A stretch of DNA of 64,000 nucleotides from an uncultured candidate division Zixibacteria bacterium (GTDB lineage Bacteria > Zixibacteria > MSB-5A5 > GN15 > FEB-12): assembly GCA_963806185.1 (NCBI GenBank), contig CAWDXE010000001.1:320001-384000 (forward strand). The letters run 5' to 3'. Of the stretch, positions 50,053 to 60,988 are shown in pieces; position 1 is the stretch's first letter; every line of letters starts with the position of its first letter. A program made the translations under genes and the position numbers. A model generated the notes under the pieces. It had not been told where the DNA came from, searched no databases, and saw nothing but the letters and a program-made list of their open reading frames with translations.

Positions 50053-50129
50053 CTTTTGGGCTCGGGATTTCGTCAAAATTCATTGATAGAATTCGGCACA
50101 AATCTGCTGTCGCGCTTGTTATGCTTGCC

Positions 50130-50351
50130 ATGGAAGATACTCAAACCGCCGGCCAGACGGCTGACCAGGCCGTGGCGGCCAGTGCCCCCAATACGAAGAA
50201 GGGGTTCCTCCGCTTCCCCCGCTCATGGGCAGAAGTAAAGAAACTGGGCTGGAAATTCATCCTCGCCTTCGTTCTTTTCTACCTTGTCCGGGACACCCTG
50301 CTGTATCTGGTGCTCCCTTACCTGATTCTCAAAGGGATTATTTCGCTGTAG
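50130..50351 (+). CDS. small membrane protein (73 aa)
   Basis: KKLGWKFILAFVLFYLVRDTLLYLVLPYL hydrophobic segment; coding-like codon usage. Confidence 0.6.
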   Translation: MEDTQTAGQTADQAVAASAPNTKKGFLRFPRSWAEVKKLGWKFILAFVLFYLVRDTLLYLVLPYLILKGIISL

Positions 50352-50365
50352 GAAGCCGAATTCGG

Positions 50366-51389
50366 CTATCGCGGCATCTTCTTTTTGGCCAGAATCGAAT
50401 AGTCGTGCGGCGCTTTGGCGATGGTATGGGAGAGTTTACCCAAGCCGGTAATCTCCAGTTCAATCGTATCACCTACTTTAAGCCAGACCGGCGTAAACGA
50501 CTCACCCCTGTGCCTTGGCTTCAAGCGTCCAGGTGCCGTTTAGCTCCAGATAACAGCCGGTGCCGACTGTCCCCGAGCCGATCACGTCGCCCGGATACAA
50601 ATCCACCCCGTAACTGGCGCGCTCGATCAGTTCGGCAAACGTCCAGTTCATATCCTTCAGATTACCGTCGGAGATCTGCTTGCCGTTGTGCGTGGCGGTC
50701 ATGCGAAGGTCCCAGGTACTCCCGAACGGTGTAGCTGTCCGATGCCCTTCCAGTTCGTCGGGAGTTACCAGCCATGGTCCGATAGCGGTCGCAAAATCTT
50801 TCCCTTTGGCTGGGCCGAGACTGAGCAGCATCTCTTCCATCTGCAGGACGCGAGCCGAAAAGTCGTTCATGATCGTCAGCCCCGCGATATGCTCATCCGC
50901 CCGACTGGCAGAAATGTTTCGCCCCCCTTTGCCGATGACAATGGCGCACTCCAGTTCAAAATCCAGCTTCTGCAGATGATCGGACTCGACCACCAGCTCT
51001 CCCGGACCGATCAGGCTGTTGTGATTGGTGAAATAAAAGACCGGGTACTGGTCGAATTCGGGGATCATTTCCACCCCCCGGTTGCGACGGGCTGTCGCGA
51101 CATGCTGGCGGAACGCGTACCCATCGCGGCACGAGGTCGGATGCGGCACCGGGGCCAGCAGTTTCGGCGACGAGACTGCTGCCTTCTCAAGATTCCCCTT
51201 GGCCGCCGCCTCGGCAATCCGTCGGGCACGATTCATGAAGTCAGCGCCACCCGGAAGAAACGCCGCCATCGTCGCGGGTAGCGTTTCGGAAACCAACGAT
51301 GCGCCTTGCTGCAGATCGTACACGCGGTCATTGACAAACAGACCGACCCGTTCTTCACCCTTGTGACTCAGATATGAGACGAATTTCAC
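50366..51389 (-). CDS. fumarylacetoacetate hydrolase family protein, frameshift in a G run near 50505
   Basis: LDFELE, MNDFSAR, AKGKDFAT, GDVIGSGTVGTGC; the missing C-terminus WLKVGDTIELEITGLGKL continues in the shifted frame to a stop at 50366. Confidence 0.88.
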
Positions 51390-51392
51390 GGA

Positions 51393-52524
51393 TTATCCTT
51401 TAAGGTGTCCGGCTTTTGAACCCGCCAGCCTGCCCCAGACCTCTTCCATTACATCCAGCGCAAACTTGGTTTCATCTTCGGTGCCGCTGTTGATACGAAT
51501 ACCGCTCGGTACGCCAAACGCTGTGACATGGCGTACAATCAGCCCCCGATCGAGACAGGCGGCATTGACCGCCGCCGCGGCCTCGCGCGACGGGAAGAGC
51601 AGGAGAATGAAGTTTGCATCGGTGGCGACCTGCTCGATCCCCAGTTCGCGGAACCGCTTGGTCATGACCGCCAACATGCGGATGTTTAAGTCGACCGTCT
51701 GCTTCAGAAAGTCGACATCCTGCAGGGCGGCCACCCCGGCGACCTGCGCCGGAAGGCTGGGCTCGAACGGCAGTTTGACCTTGTACATCTGGGCAATCAG
51801 TTCTTCGGGGCCGACAGCATACCCAATACGCAGTCCGGCCAGTCCGTAATCCTTCGAGAAAGTCCGCGTAACCAATAGGTTCGGATACGCATAGGCGAGG
51901 CCGTTCGGGTAATTCGGGTTCGACATGGCATAGGAGTAGTAGGCTTCATCGAGAATGACCAGGATCTCGCTTGGCACCTTCTCCATGAAGGATTCAAACT
52001 GCCGCCGCGTGAACATGGCCCCGGTCGGATTATTCGGATTGGCCAGATAAATCAACTTGGTGCGATCACTGATCGCCGCCGCGATCGCATCCAGATCGTG
52101 CTGGTAGCGATCGAGCGGAACCAGCTTCAGGCTTCCGCCGGTGTTTGTTGGTATTGACGAAGATACCGATAAACGTCGCCGCGCTGGTGAGCACTTCATC
52201 CTGCTCGTCGACAAACGTCTTGATCATATACGACAACAGGGCGTCGGTGCCGGCGCCGCAGATAATCTGGCCAGGGTGTTTGCCCAGATGGGCAGCCAGA
52301 GCATGCACCAGTTCGTGCGTACTTGGCTCGACATACCGGTGCGAGCGGTTCAGTTCGCGGACGACCGCCTCGAGTGCCTTGGGGGATGAACCGAGCGGGT
52401 TCTCGTTGGAGGCGAGTTTGACGATGCGCGAGAGGTGTTTTTCACGGGCAAGCTCTTCAATCGGCTTGCCGGCGACATAGGGCTGGAGACTTTGAATATG
52501 GCCCGGAACTTTGATTTTCGTCAC
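51393..52524 (-). CDS. HisC-like class I/II PLP aminotransferase (probably aromatic amino-acid transaminase here), frameshift near 52135
   Basis: KLASNENPLG in one frame; ANPNNPTG, DEAY and RTFSKDYGLAGLRIGY in another. Confidence 0.85.
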
Positions 52525-52616
52525 TGATCGATCCTTTGCAATTGCCGACGTCATGGCGTTAGTAAACAGGGTCGAGCCCAAATGTCAACGGCTAAAGTCG
52601 GCGTCCACTTTGGTCG

Positions 52617-53789
52617 TCACCGTCCCTCGAGCCATGACTGCGCATACTCCTGATCAAGCGTCTCTTTTACATTCAACGTCGGCCGCAAGGGGGCATAGGT
52701 GTCGATCATGATGGCGTATTCTTTGGTCTCCCGCTTGCCGATCGACTCCTCCGTCTTACCCGGTTGCGGGCCATGGGGCATGCCGCCCGGATGGAGGGTA
52801 ATCGAACCTTCTTTCACCCCTTTGCGCGACATGAAATCGCCCTCTACGTAGTACAGCACCTCGTCGCTATCGATATTCGAATGGTAGTACGGCGCCGGGA
52901 TCGCCTCAGGATGGAAATCGTACAAGCCGCGGGACAAAGTTGCACAGAATGAAATGGCCGGTCTTGAAGCAGAGATGCACCGGCGGCGGCAGGTGAATCC
53001 GCCCCACTTTGGGATTATAGCTCTTGATATTCAGCGCGTACGGGTACAGGTACCCATCCCAGCCGACCACTCCGAACGGATGGTAGGGCATGATATGCTC
53101 GAAATGCTGGTTCCCGGCCTTGAGGATGACGCGAAATTCGCCGCTCTCCGGGTGCGGTTCCATGTACTCCGGCACCTTGAAATCGCGCTCGCAATACGGC
53201 GCATGCTCGGCCATCTGGCCGTAGTCGTTGCGGTAATGATTCGGGATTTCGTAAGCGGTGTCCGACTCGCAGATCATGATCTTGTTTCCCGCCTTGTAAT
53301 CGTCGAACTTGATCTGGTAGGTGACGGCGCGCGGAACGATGATCTGGTCCCCCTCTTCGATGCGGAATCTGCCCGAACTCCGAAAGGAATACCCCTTTGC
53401 CGCGGTGAATGAAAATGTATTCCGCGGCGTAGGCGTTGCGGAAGAAAGTCGTTGGTATCCTCGGTGACGTTGGCGGTCGAGATGACGCAATGCGGGTTGC
53501 GCAGAAAGACATTGCGGGCGGTGATGAAATTGCCGCCCGTCTTCTTGTTGTCGGTGAAGAAGTGGTAGTAGAGCACCGGGGCATCGGGCCAGTCGATATT
53601 CTTCTCCACGCCGAGCGGCGAGACGCGAAGTACGGCCGTCGGCAGATTGTGGTAGTACTTGTTCGAGTAGACGCCCGAGAATCCCTTGCTGGAAAACAGC
53701 TCTTCCCGATAGAGCGATTTCCCGTCCTTCTTGTAGAACGTCGTGTGCTTGACTCGCGGTATCTCGCCTACCTTATGGTAAAACGGCAT
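52617..53789 (-). CDS. hmgA: homogentisate 1,2-dioxygenase, three apparent frameshifts
   Basis: MPFYHKVGEIP.., HPFGVVGWDG, IHLPPPVH, PYYHSNIDSDEVLYY and LHPGGMPHGP spread over successive frames. Confidence 0.88.
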
Positions 53790-53826
53790 GATTTCGTTCC
53801 CTTCTCTTCCCGGTTACTACCGCGCC

Positions 53827-54968
53827 TCAGCAGGGCGGCATGACTTCTTCGGGTGACCGTTCCAGATTCCCGCGCAGTTTCTGATCGAGTTCGATCGACT
53901 CAAACAGCGCCTGGAAATTCCCTTTGCCGAATCCCTGGCTGTCGCCGCTCCGCTGGATGAATTCAAAGAAAAACGTCGGGCGGTCGCCGGTCGGCTTGGT
54001 GAATAGCTGGAGCAGGTAGCCGTTGGACTCTTTGTCGCAGAGGATGCCGTGCTCCTGCAGGTCGTCGATACTCTCTTTGATATTCAGATCCTTGCGGCCG
54101 CGCAGGTAATCGTAGTAGGTGTCGGGGACTCTGAGGAATTCGACGCCGTTGTTGCGCAGGGCGGAAATCGTCTTCACGATATCGTCGGTCCGGATCGCGA
54201 TGTGCTGGACGCCCGACCCGTAGTACTGCTCGATATACTCCTCGATCTGTGATTTCTTGAGTCCCTCAAACGGTTCGTTGATCGGGTTGCGAATCTTGCT
54301 GTCCTTACTGCGGACCACTTTGGAGAGGAGCGCAGAGTATTTGCGTGCCGATATCGCCGGCCTTGAAATCGACAAACGTCTCGAACCCCATCGTCTTGTT
54401 GAAATAGTCGGCCCAGAGGTTCATTTCGTTTTCGCGGACATTGCCCGACGATGTGATCGACATACTGAATGCCGGTATCCTCGGTCGCCAGATTCAGGTT
54501 CTGAAGCGGCCGGCAGTAGCGCGGCTTGAAGATCCCTTTGTAGTGGTCGCGATTGACATAGACCAGTTCGGTGTCGTCGTAGAGACGGATGGCCGCCTCT
54601 TCGACATACCCGTTCTGATCCTCGATCTTGTACGGACGGGTGACCATCACGGCGCCGTTCCGGGTGGCGAATTTGAACGCCTCCTCGACATTGTCCACCT
54701 CGACCGCCCACCGCTTGACGCCGTCGCCGTGACGCTGGATGAACCCGTAGACGTCGTAGCAGGAGGGTTGGAGGGGGGAGGTGATGACGAACTGGATATT
54801 GTTTTTGGTCAGATAGTAGGAGACGCGGTCGCGGACGCCGGTTTCGGGGCCAAGGTACCCCGTGATATTCATGCTCATCGCCTTGGCGTACCAGTAGGCG
54901 ACCATTTTGGCGGACCCGACGTAGAATTCGATATAGTCGTATCCGCGAATGCCCAGGACATCGGCCAT
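53827..54968 (-). CDS. hppD: 4-hydroxyphenylpyruvate dioxygenase, frameshifts near 54445 and 54345
   Basis: [60 protein letters not shown]. Confidence 0.92.
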
Positions 54969-55169
54969 TGTCGTTTTCCTCAAAACCGTTACGTGGTGAC
55001 GTGACTTAACTTAGTGTTGTAACACCGGATGGCCCGGAATGGTTCACCCGGAGGCGGGGCGAAAAGGGAATCTTAGCGGCCCCATCGGCGGAAAAAGTAT
55101 AGTGAATAGGTCCATGTGGGGCAAGGGGATTGTGGGGGGGTGGGACGGGGACGCTGGCTCGTTCCGTCC

Positions 55170-55226
55170 CCCCAATGTCACCCCCGCCTTCCCCCAATGT
55201 CACCCCCGCCTTGAGCGGGGGCCCAT
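55170..55226. repeat. second copy of the dispersed repeat at 2160-2209 (opposite orientation)
   Basis: AATGTCACCCCCGCCTTCCCCCAATGTCACCCCCGCCTTGAGCGGGGGCCCA matches the reverse complement of 2160-2209 apart from the C-run length. Confidence 0.85.
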
Positions 55227-55339
55227 TCCTTTCCTCTCGTCATACTCAAGCCGCCCGACCCTTGTCATAAGGTAGGACAATGTGCTTCTAGCTGGACCTA
55301 CGGGGCTAATGGGGCCAAGCATGCCCGGTAAACTTCTGT

Positions 55340-57022
55340 GTGGTCAATTTTTCCGATAGACTGTATCTCCATGCTTCAATATGTTGGAAGCAGATGTCCC
55401 AATCTCTGAGGGTGGAACTCTTGACAATAAGGCGTCCAAAGGTGATTCCGTTCGAGTTGAAGCATGATCCGTGGTTTGGCCCCCACAGACGCGCCAAAGA
55501 GTGCCTTGAAAAGCGGAAGTTCATAGTCCCCGCAAACGTATTTGCTGGTACCCTCGCAGATCTTTTGGCCTGCAGTACGGACGATCTGCTCCATATCACG
55601 TTTTATGATTATTGTGATGGAAATGCGTATAGGTACACCATTGCCCTAGTCTTTACGCGGTCCGATTACCGCTTGAGACGATTAGTATACGAACGGGCAA
55701 CGGAGATCGTCGAAAAGACGGGATGGTACCCGTTAGTGCAGGGCGAGAGGCTGTCCAGCAAGAAGAACCAATTTGTTTTCGGAGATCATTTGTACGGTGA
55801 GCCGAATCGAGAATATAGTTTCAAAGGGGGTTTAATTGGCGTTAGCAGCGCTGCAGAACCTAACAACGGAGGCTGCTCCGTACGTGTTCATCTGACAGAC
55901 GGAACGCTACTTCTGGACCTCGGGCTCCCACCAGGTCCCCCGCTGTTGGACACCGACAAGCTCGCAATATTGTCGCATTTTCATCGCGATCATTGCGGGC
56001 AACTCCTTAACGAGGAGAGCAAATCGATCCGAGTCTTCACCTCGCAAATGACATTATCTTTGCTGACACAGATCGGAATTTTGCAGCCCGCAATCGTTCT
56101 GGAGAGATTGAGAATTCTGCGTAACAGTGTTCCCGTGAATCTTGGCAGAGAGGTTTCACTCGAAATATTCCCCGTGCCCCATTGCCCCGGGTCATCCGGA
56201 GTTCAGATTTCCGACACGAGATCTACACTGATCTATACAGGCGATATTTCCCTAGGTAGCCACCGACACAACTATATTGACGAGCTTTCCAGACGCTTGC
56301 GGCGCTGTCGTACGGCCAAGAAAATGCTTCTGCTCGACTCCACAATGCTCGGGCGACCCTACGGGGCATCAACGAATCGCCCCGCTTACGGGCTGTTAGA
56401 GCATTGTGGGAGATTCAGTGATATTGCGGTTGTGGCTCAAGACCTTGAGCAGCTACTCTATGCCTACTTGGACCTCTACTACGAGATTCGCTCAAGAGAA
56501 GGCCTCTATCGTCAAGCAGCCTTTCTGGTTCCAATTGAGCTTCGTCCGATGTTCACGTACCTGCATCGTGCTTTTATTGAGCGTGATATAGCTGAGCTGG
56601 ATCCTTTCATCTTGAGTCAATATGGGAAAGAGTTCTTGGCCTGGGGTGAATCCAGTTTCCTCTATTGGGTGGACGGCAGCGAACCCAAGGACTCTCTTCC
56701 ACAGGACAAACTGCGATTCTGGTTTGTGACCCCCCGCCACGCTGGGCTCATTTTACGAGATCGAGAACTAGCCCATGTGATAGTGGGACGAGAGGTAAAT
56801 TGGCTAGCGGAAGACTCAATCCCAGGCTCTCGACTAGACGTAGATACTACCTCTTGGTCGCTTCACTCATCTGCAGAAGTTCTGCAGATGACGATTGAGC
56901 ATTTCGCACAACACTGCACTGTTGTGCTCTTTCATAATTACCCAAAGAGAATTCAGCAGTTCATATCGCGACAGGGGCTGAAAGCGTACGCCTTAAGCGA
57001 TGAACTGATGCATATACAATGA
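55340..57022 (+). CDS. metallo-beta-lactamase fold, beta-CASP-like nuclease with uncharacterised N-terminal domain
   Basis: LLDLG, SHFHRDH, PHCPGS, YTGD, LDST, C-terminal HSS and LFHN. Start uncertain (ATG 55391 possible). Confidence 0.75.
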   Translation: MVNFSDRLYLHASICWKQMSQSLRVELLTIRRPKVIPFELKHDPWFGPHRRAKECLEKRKFIVPANVFAGTLADLLACSTDDLLHITFYDYCDGNAYRYTIALVFTRSDYRLRRLVYERATEIVEKTGWYPLVQGERLSSKKNQFVFGDHLYGEPNREYSFKGGLIGVSSAAEPNNGGCSVRVHLTDGTLLLDLGLPPGPPLLDTDKLAILSHFHRDHCGQLLNEESKSIRVFTSQMTLSLLTQIGILQPAIVLERLRILRNSVPVNLGREVSLEIFPVPHCPGSSGVQISDTRSTLIYTGDISLGSHRHNYIDELSRRLRRCRTAKKMLLLDSTMLGRPYGASTNRPAYGLLEHCGRFSDIAVVAQDLEQLLYAYLDLYYEIRSREGLYRQAAFLVPIELRPMFTYLHRAFIERDIAELDPFILSQYGKEFLAWGESSFLYWVDGSEPKDSLPQDKLRFWFVTPRHAGLILRDRELAHVIVGREVNWLAEDSIPGSRLDVDTTSWSLHSSAEVLQMTIEHFAQHCTVVLFHNYPKRIQQFISRQGLKAYALSDELMHIQ

Positions 57023-57034
57023 TTTTCTGTTTAC

Positions 57035-57562
57035 TTACGGCCCACTTGGCCCCTCACCTGGCTTTTCTGTTGGATTTCCATGACTTAGGCTTCGCAAATG
57101 TTGAAAGTCTCTCGCTGCAAGAAGTGTCTGGTGTACAACCGCTCCGCTAATCATGTCCCGCCTAACGGCCAAAACAAATTCGCCAAGTAGGCGTTTTTGT
57201 GCCGAATCTTCCCTATTGGATCCGGACTGCACTGACTCCAAGAAGGCGTATGCACTTTTGATTACCTCATCGGGTGCGTATAGCCAACTTAGATTGAGCT
57301 GGCGCAAGAAATCCGCTCGTCGGGTCGAATCATCAGCTTGAACATAAAAACCCTGCGAGTTCTCGATTAGCTGATAATACCGTTCTTCCTTTCGCTCAAA
57401 CTGGCGCCATTTGAATTGACTCCTTTCATTCAGATACCACCCAAAGAACGCCGTCGCTATTGGAATCGCCGCCGAAAGCCCAAAACCGATAATACGCAAG
57501 AGGTGGAACCAACTATCCCTCGAATGATCAGTTGCGTCGAAGCGTGCATTTTGCCTCACCAC
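57035..57562 (-). CDS. hypothetical protein, single N-terminal TM + helical domain
   Basis: IIGFGLSAAIPIATAFFGWY TM followed by a charged helix; convergent with the MBL gene. Confidence 0.6.
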   Translation of the reverse strand: MVRQNARFDATDHSRDSWFHLLRIIGFGLSAAIPIATAFFGWYLNERSQFKWRQFERKEERYYQLIENSQGFYVQADDSTRRADFLRQLNLSWLYAPDEVIKSAYAFLESVQSGSNREDSAQKRLLGEFVLAVRRDMISGAVVHQTLLAARDFQHLRSLSHGNPTEKPGEGPSGP

Positions 57563-57769
57563 TTTCCCTCCAATAGATGTTGCAACGAACCTCTTATCAG
57601 AAAATCGTCTAAGCGAGCGTCGTCAACCGAAATAGCTGGACCGCTGAGTCGACTATTATCTACTGCCTGTTCGAATTGCTATCCTGCATCCCGCCCTGCG
57701 CTCACCATAGATCAATCAATCCGCCTTGTCAAGGATGGCTGGTGGCCGCGAGGGCGTGAACTCCCTCCC

Positions 57770-57858
57770 CTGGATTCCCGCTTTCGCGGGAATGACATGG
57801 GGGCGGGAAGGACAAGAGGGGCAAGATTGACAAGAGGGGCGGGAAGGACAGAGGGGCG
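57770..57858. repeat. palindromic REP-like element plus short direct repeats
   Basis: CTGGATTCCCGCTTTCGCGGGAATGACA, then GGGGCGGGAAGGACA x2 and GACAAGAGGGGC x2. Confidence 0.7.
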
Positions 57859-58051
57859 AAAATGATATTTGGACGCTTGCTCTCGGGTGGATTCTAGTGC
57901 TACCCCCCCTAACCCCCTCTCCCCCAATACCTCCCCGTCTGTTTCATTGACAAAAACGTATCCGGCCTTATATTGTACTGTCCTCACGTCACGCCCTTTG
58001 CCGATAGGTAGTACCATAGGCGGTTAAAACCCAGTTTCCGGAGGAGCCAAC

Positions 58052-60781
58052 ATGTTCCAGCACACGGCCAGATGGTCGCCCGCGCTTTGCGTTCTGGCAC
58101 TAGCACTTTTGATCACCGACGGTCAGTCGGCCCAAACTCGCCAACCCGATAACCGTCCGACCGCGGCTGTTGGTCTCAAAGCCCGCGCCATTCCCGAAAA
58201 GCCGGCGTCGGTCACCATCGACAACAACAAGCCGGGCGGCTATGTCGTTGTCAAATTCGACGAGGCCCGCCGCGTCCGCCTTCAGGCCGGAAGACTGGTC
58301 TCGCAGACCGGTTTATCGATCGACGAATCCGCGAATATCATCGAGCCGTACATCGCCAACCGCCTGACGCGCCTCTTCCATGTCGCCGATGAAGCACAAC
58401 TGGATCAGCGCAAGACCGAACTCGAGGCTCGCTCCGGCCAGCAGTTGGCCGACCTGAACAGCTATTATCAGATTCCGGTGACCAGCGGCGCTGAGGCGGC
58501 CGACCTTATCAATCGGCTGAATGCATCGAGCGAAGTTGAACTGGCCTTCTACCACCCGCCGTCAGAACCGGCCGGCGATATCGCTCCGCCTACTCCCAAC
58601 TACAAGCCGAATCAAGATTACCGCGAAGTTGCACCCGGCGGAGTCGATGCTGATTTCTTGAATACGCTGGCAGGTGGCGACGGCACCGGTGTGAAGATTA
58701 TTGACATCGAAGGAAACTGGAAGGATACACACGAAGACTTAGATAAAGCGGCCGGGAAAATCATCACCCCCAGTGTTATCATTGACCAGAGCTGGCGCGA
58801 CCACGGCACGGCGGTACTCGGCGAAATGATTGCCGGCGACAACGGCTACGGCGTGACCGGTATCTGCCCCGGCGCCGATGTCGGCATGGTGTCGATTGCC
58901 TCCCTTGCTACCTCGGCTGCTCTTTACACGGCAGTTCAGAATCTGACCCCCGGCGATCTGATTCTCATCGAGCTGCACGCACCGGGACCGCATTACAATT
59001 TCCAGAGCCGCACCGACCAGCTCGGCTACGTTTGCGAAGAGTACTGGCAGGATAATTTCGATGCCATCCAGTACGCCTGGGCGAGCGGCATCATTGTCGT
59101 CGAGGCCGGCGGCAATGGCGCCGAGAATCTTGACTCGGCCGTGTATTACGGCAATATGTTCGATACCACCTATCGCAATTCTCACGCCATTCTCGTGGGC
59201 GCAGGTTACCCGGCGGCGTCGGCTAGCGACCGCCAGAAGCACGGCTTCTCCAATTACGGCGAGCGAGTGAATGTGCAGGGGTACGGCTCAGGCGTGTATA
59301 CCACCGGATATGGTGGTCTGTTTAACGGCGGTGGTGATGAAAATCAATACTACACCGCAACGTTCAGCGGTACGTCGTCCGCCTCGCCGATTATCACCGG
59401 TTCGGCGGCTTGTCTGCAGGGGTATTACAAGGCGCTGTACGGCTCGCCGCTGACGTCAGACCAAATTCGGACGGCGTTCGTCGCGACCGGTTCGCCACAG
59501 CTTGGCAACACAGCTTTGCATATCGGCCCGCGCCCCAACCTTGCAGCCGCTATAGGAGTTGTCCCGGCGCCGCTGTCACTCTACTCGACGCCCATCATGA
59601 TTGATGACACCGTCCTGGAAAACACCAGTGCCAATGTCTCTCTGTGGCTGCACAACCGCTCCCTGTCGACGCCTGCGTCGTTTACTGTGGCCGATCCGGA
59701 CAGCGTGAACCTGCTTCGCGTTGTGCCAAACTGGCTGAGAGTAACGCCGACCTCGGGTGTTGTCCCGGCCAACGATTCGGTTGAACTGACCGTGACACTC
59801 GATGCCACGTTGCTGGCTGGTACGCTGGATCGGTACATCGGCGCCGTCGATGTGACCTGGGGAACTGTCCCGAATGACTCTCTGCTCCGCGTACCGGTGT
59901 TCCTCAAGGTGCCGTGTAATGACCAGTCCTACACTGCCATATCATCCAACGAAGTCGGCGGTCCGACCTATACCTGGATCGACGCTCGGGTGATGGGCAC
60001 CAAGATCAACAACGCAACATTCTATAACACGTTCGGCGGCGATCCGCTCGACGACGGTTCGGCCGGCCCGGTTGCCATCGGGTTTAATTTCAAATTTTAT
60101 GGCACGAACTATGCGCAGCTCTATGTGGGGGTAAACGGCGCGGTGTCCTTCACCAACAGCGAAGTCAACGTGAATGGATACTACAGCGGTCTTAGCCTTC
60201 CGGGGGCGCCCTTTACGACTTTCCTGCCGGTCTTCTGGTCGGATCTGCTCATTAGCACCAGCGCCGATCCCAATGCGGGCGTCTATGTCTACAAAAACGC
60301 GGCTGCCGACACGATAGTCATCGAGTGGTACCGGGTAGCCAATTTCAACGCGAGCGGAACGGTAGCCGACTTCGAATTGATCCTGTCCAAGAATGGGCGA
60401 ATCAAATGCCAGTATAAGGACGTCGAGAGCACGGGGCTGAATGCCACCGCGCTCATTGGCGTGGGTGGCAGCGGCTGTCAGGGAATTCCCTACTACGATG
60501 GCACCATCCCGGCGCACAAGATCTTTAATCTCGACGCCGTCCAGATTAATCCCGCTGGTGTGTTGACCATGGCCGGCAATGTTGATAATGATCCCGCGGC
60601 CGGGATCGACATTTCCGATCTGACCTACCTGATCCAGTTCCAGTTCCTGGGCGGAGACGCGCCGGTAGTCCCCCAGTCGGCTGACCTCAATTGTGATGGC
60701 AGCAGTGATATTGCCGATTTGACGCTTCTCATCCAGTTCATGTTCCTCGGCGGCTCGGACCCCTGCTATTTCATTCTCTAG
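58052..60781 (+). CDS. secreted S8 subtilase with C-terminal beta domains and dockerin-like module
   Basis: Signal peptide, IIDIE, DHGTAV, GGNG, FSGTSSASP; twin GNVD..DISDLTYLI / ADLNCDG..DIADLTLLI repeats; RBS GGAGG; TTGACA-N16-TATATT upstream at 57947. Confidence 0.92.
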   Translation: MFQHTARWSPALCVLALALLITDGQSAQTRQPDNRPTAAVGLKARAIPEKPASVTIDNNKPGGYVVVKFDEARRVRLQAGRLVSQTGLSIDESANIIEPYIANRLTRLFHVADEAQLDQRKTELEARSGQQLADLNSYYQIPVTSGAEAADLINRLNASSEVELAFYHPPSEPAGDIAPPTPNYKPNQDYREVAPGGVDADFLNTLAGGDGTGVKIIDIEGNWKDTHEDLDKAAGKIITPSVIIDQSWRDHGTAVLGEMIAGDNGYGVTGICPGADVGMVSIASLATSAALYTAVQNLTPGDLILIELHAPGPHYNFQSRTDQLGYVCEEYWQDNFDAIQYAWASGIIVVEAGGNGAENLDSAVYYGNMFDTTYRNSHAILVGAGYPAASASDRQKHGFSNYGERVNVQGYGSGVYTTGYGGLFNGGGDENQYYTATFSGTSSASPIITGSAACLQGYYKALYGSPLTSDQIRTAFVATGSPQLGNTALHIGPRPNLAAAIGVVPAPLSLYSTPIMIDDTVLENTSANVSLWLHNRSLSTPASFTVADPDSVNLLRVVPNWLRVTPTSGVVPANDSVELTVTLDATLLAGTLDRYIGAVDVTWGTVPNDSLLRVPVFLKVPCNDQSYTAISSNEVGGPTYTWIDARVMGTKINNATFYNTFGGDPLDDGSAGPVAIGFNFKFYGTNYAQLYVGVNGAVSFTNSEVNVNGYYSGLSLPGAPFTTFLPVFWSDLLISTSADPNAGVYVYKNAAADTIVIEWYRVANFNASGTVADFELILSKNGRIKCQYKDVESTGLNATALIGVGGSGCQGIPYYDGTIPAHKIFNLDAVQINPAGVLTMAGNVDNDPAAGIDISDLTYLIQFQFLGGDAPVVPQSADLNCDGSSDIADLTLLIQFMFLGGSDPCYFIL

Positions 60782-60988
60782 TAGCCGGGCCGATCAATTC
60801 GTCAGGCAGTCGGGCGAGAGCGCACCCTCTCGACCCGGCTGTTTCATGTCTGCCCTTCGCCCTCTTGCGCCGGTTTGTGTACAAGGATATATTGGACCTA
60901 TACAGGGCGTTTTTGCCTCTTCCATGGGCCCGTCTTTCCAGGCAGGACCGGTGCGCCCGGTGTTTTCGGTACGCGAAGGAGCAGTAAC

